Source: a virus
DNA: 56,960 nucleotides
Direction: 5' to 3' (one strand)
UHGV virus genome: UHGV-1359774
Positions 55,809 through 56,960 of this stretch are shown piece after piece (the first letter of the stretch is position 1; every line of letters begins with the position of its first letter). Under the pieces are notes generated by a model. The model searched no databases, had not been told where the DNA came from, and was given only the letters and a program-made list of their open reading frames with translations. The position numbers were made by a program, and so were the translations under genes.

Positions 55809-56045
55809 ATGATTGAGCACAAAATACCACGGTTACGCATGGAGCGGGAAATCGCTCACACCCTTAAAAAGATGCAGGATTTTTTGTGTGGTTACGACCT
55901 ATGGAAGCGCAATCAGGAACGAAAACAAGCGGCTAGCTGCCTGAAAATGGCACGGGAATATAGAAATCATGCTCGCAAACTCAAAAAGTATCTTGATGCC
56001 GGGCTTATGATATCCGGCAATTATCGGTACATATTTGTTGATTAA
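55809..56045 (+). CDS. hypothetical small basic protein
   Basis: ORF in the early-left operon. Confidence 0.3.
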   Translation: MIEHKIPRLRMEREIAHTLKKMQDFLCGYDLWKRNQERKQAASCLKMAREYRNHARKLKKYLDAGLMISGNYRYIFVD

Positions 56046-56325
56046 CCCCTTACCATCTATAGAAAATGAGATGGATAAACGCAAACAATGCCTTGAAATA
56101 GAGATTAAATCCATTGATATGGCTATAGAATTAGGGCGGCTAATACGCCTGCAGCGCACATCAATAGGCTTATCACCTGAGAGATTAGCAGAACTCGCGT
56201 CCGTGCATGCTGGAGACATTAAAGCCGCTGAAGCTGCAAAATGCGTCCCCATCCTGACAATCATCAAAATTTTAGCAGCAGTAGGCCTGAAAATTTCTTT
56301 TTCTGAGCTGAGCATAAAACGCTAA
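56035..56325 (+). CDS. XRE-like HTH protein
   Basis: AIELGRLIRLQRTSIGLSPERLAELASV. Confidence 0.4.
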   Translation: MLINPLPSIENEMDKRKQCLEIEIKSIDMAIELGRLIRLQRTSIGLSPERLAELASVHAGDIKAAEAAKCVPILTIIKILAAVGLKISFSELSIKR

Positions 56326-56406
56326 GGCCTATGGCGAGTTCTGCGCTCGCCAATGAGCAGGGCCGGAGACATCGTGTCTCTGGCTTTTTCTTTTGTCCCC
56401 TTCTGA

Positions 56407-56619
56407 ATGAGGCTGGATATGCTGAAAGAGGTAAGCAAGGAAGACTTTTACAAGGTGATAGATACGCTCGACGTCAGCCCATATCCCCAAGGAAAATGGG
56501 ATGACCTGGGAGGATACAAAAGCATCTGGAGGTTACGGAACGGCGAACTTGTCGGCGTATCTGAGCCGAAAACTTACGGTTTTACTGAGAAAAAATATTT
56601 CCTCGTTCAGGATGACTGA
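56407..56619 (+). CDS. hypothetical protein
   Basis: ORF. Confidence 0.3.
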   Translation: MRLDMLKEVSKEDFYKVIDTLDVSPYPQGKWDDLGGYKSIWRLRNGELVGVSEPKTYGFTEKKYFLVQDD

Positions 56620-56692
56620 CACCCCGGCAGCCCATGCTGCCTCTTCCACACCCGCCGCCACATGAGTGGCGACGGGGAATGGAGGATTTACC

Positions 56693-56960
56693 ATGCGAGA
56701 GCTTACCAACAACGAGATACAGATTCTTCAACGGCACGCGAAATGGCTGGTATCTGGCGGGACTGATGGCGAAAGTGCCAACCTGTGCGGTGCCGACCTG
56801 CACGGTGCCAACCTGCACGATGCCAACCTGTGCGGTGCCGACCTGCACGGTGCCAACCTGTGCGGTGCCAACCTGTGCGGTGCCAACCTGCACGATGCCG
56901 ACCTGTGCGATGCCGACCTGCACGGTGCCAACCTGCACGATGCCGACCTGTGCGATGCCG
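56693..56960 (+). CDS. pentapeptide-repeat protein, N-terminal part (runs off the window end; continues in phase at position 3)
   Basis: GGAGGA RBS; [23 protein letters not shown] then A(D/N)LxG repeats. Confidence 0.65.
   Translation, partial: MRELTNNEIQILQRHAKWLVSGGTDGESANLCGADLHGANLHDANLCGADLHGANLCGANLCGANLHDADLCDADLHGANLHDADLCDA
56770..56960. repeat. 15-nt periodic coding repeat, same family as at 1-320
   Basis: Direct reading. Confidence 0.85.

Overview
This window reads as one complete, circularly permuted genome of a temperate lambda-like siphovirus, about 57 kb at roughly 60 % GC, rather than an integrated prophage. The two window ends fall in the same pentapeptide-repeat gene and join in phase. 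An att core, which is a degenerate tRNA-Lys(UUU) 3' fragment rather than a full tRNA, sits between the integrase gene and the tail-fibre genes, and there is no host flank. The map holds an early-left operon (Sak4-like ATPase, PAPS-reductase-like PP-loop protein, Gp37/Gp68, Bro/KilAC antirepressor, xis, int, attP) and a cI (S24) / cro immunity switch with TTAGCG-N4-CGCTAA operators. Replication genes are an O-like initiator with internal iterons, DnaB and RusA; lysis genes are endolysin, Rz, embedded Rz1 and a holin. The head module is SPP1-like (TerS, TerL, portal, MuF, scaffold, major capsid). The tail module is lambda-like (connector and gp10-like proteins, tube, G/GT chaperone with an A_AAA_AAC slippery site, then H-M-L-K-I/J-stf-tfa). 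The tail module is unusual in several ways: H-M-L-K is on the opposite strand and divergent from an I-J fusion gene; a perfect 4,553-bp tandem duplication covers the tube/chaperone segment; and a self-contained operon for a Gly/Asn/Gln-rich Cys-cluster protein plus an Arg/Asp/Glu-rich low-complexity protein is inserted there. Between two divergent late operons lies a cargo island: a secreted Endonuclease-I homologue, a 27-aa hydrophobic peptide, and a low-GC insert encoding a zinc-ribbon / VRR-NUC nuclease flanked by a lipoprotein and a secreted protein. A conserved ~21-30 bp motif precedes three late operons. All calls are from reading the sequence and recalled family motifs; no searches were run.
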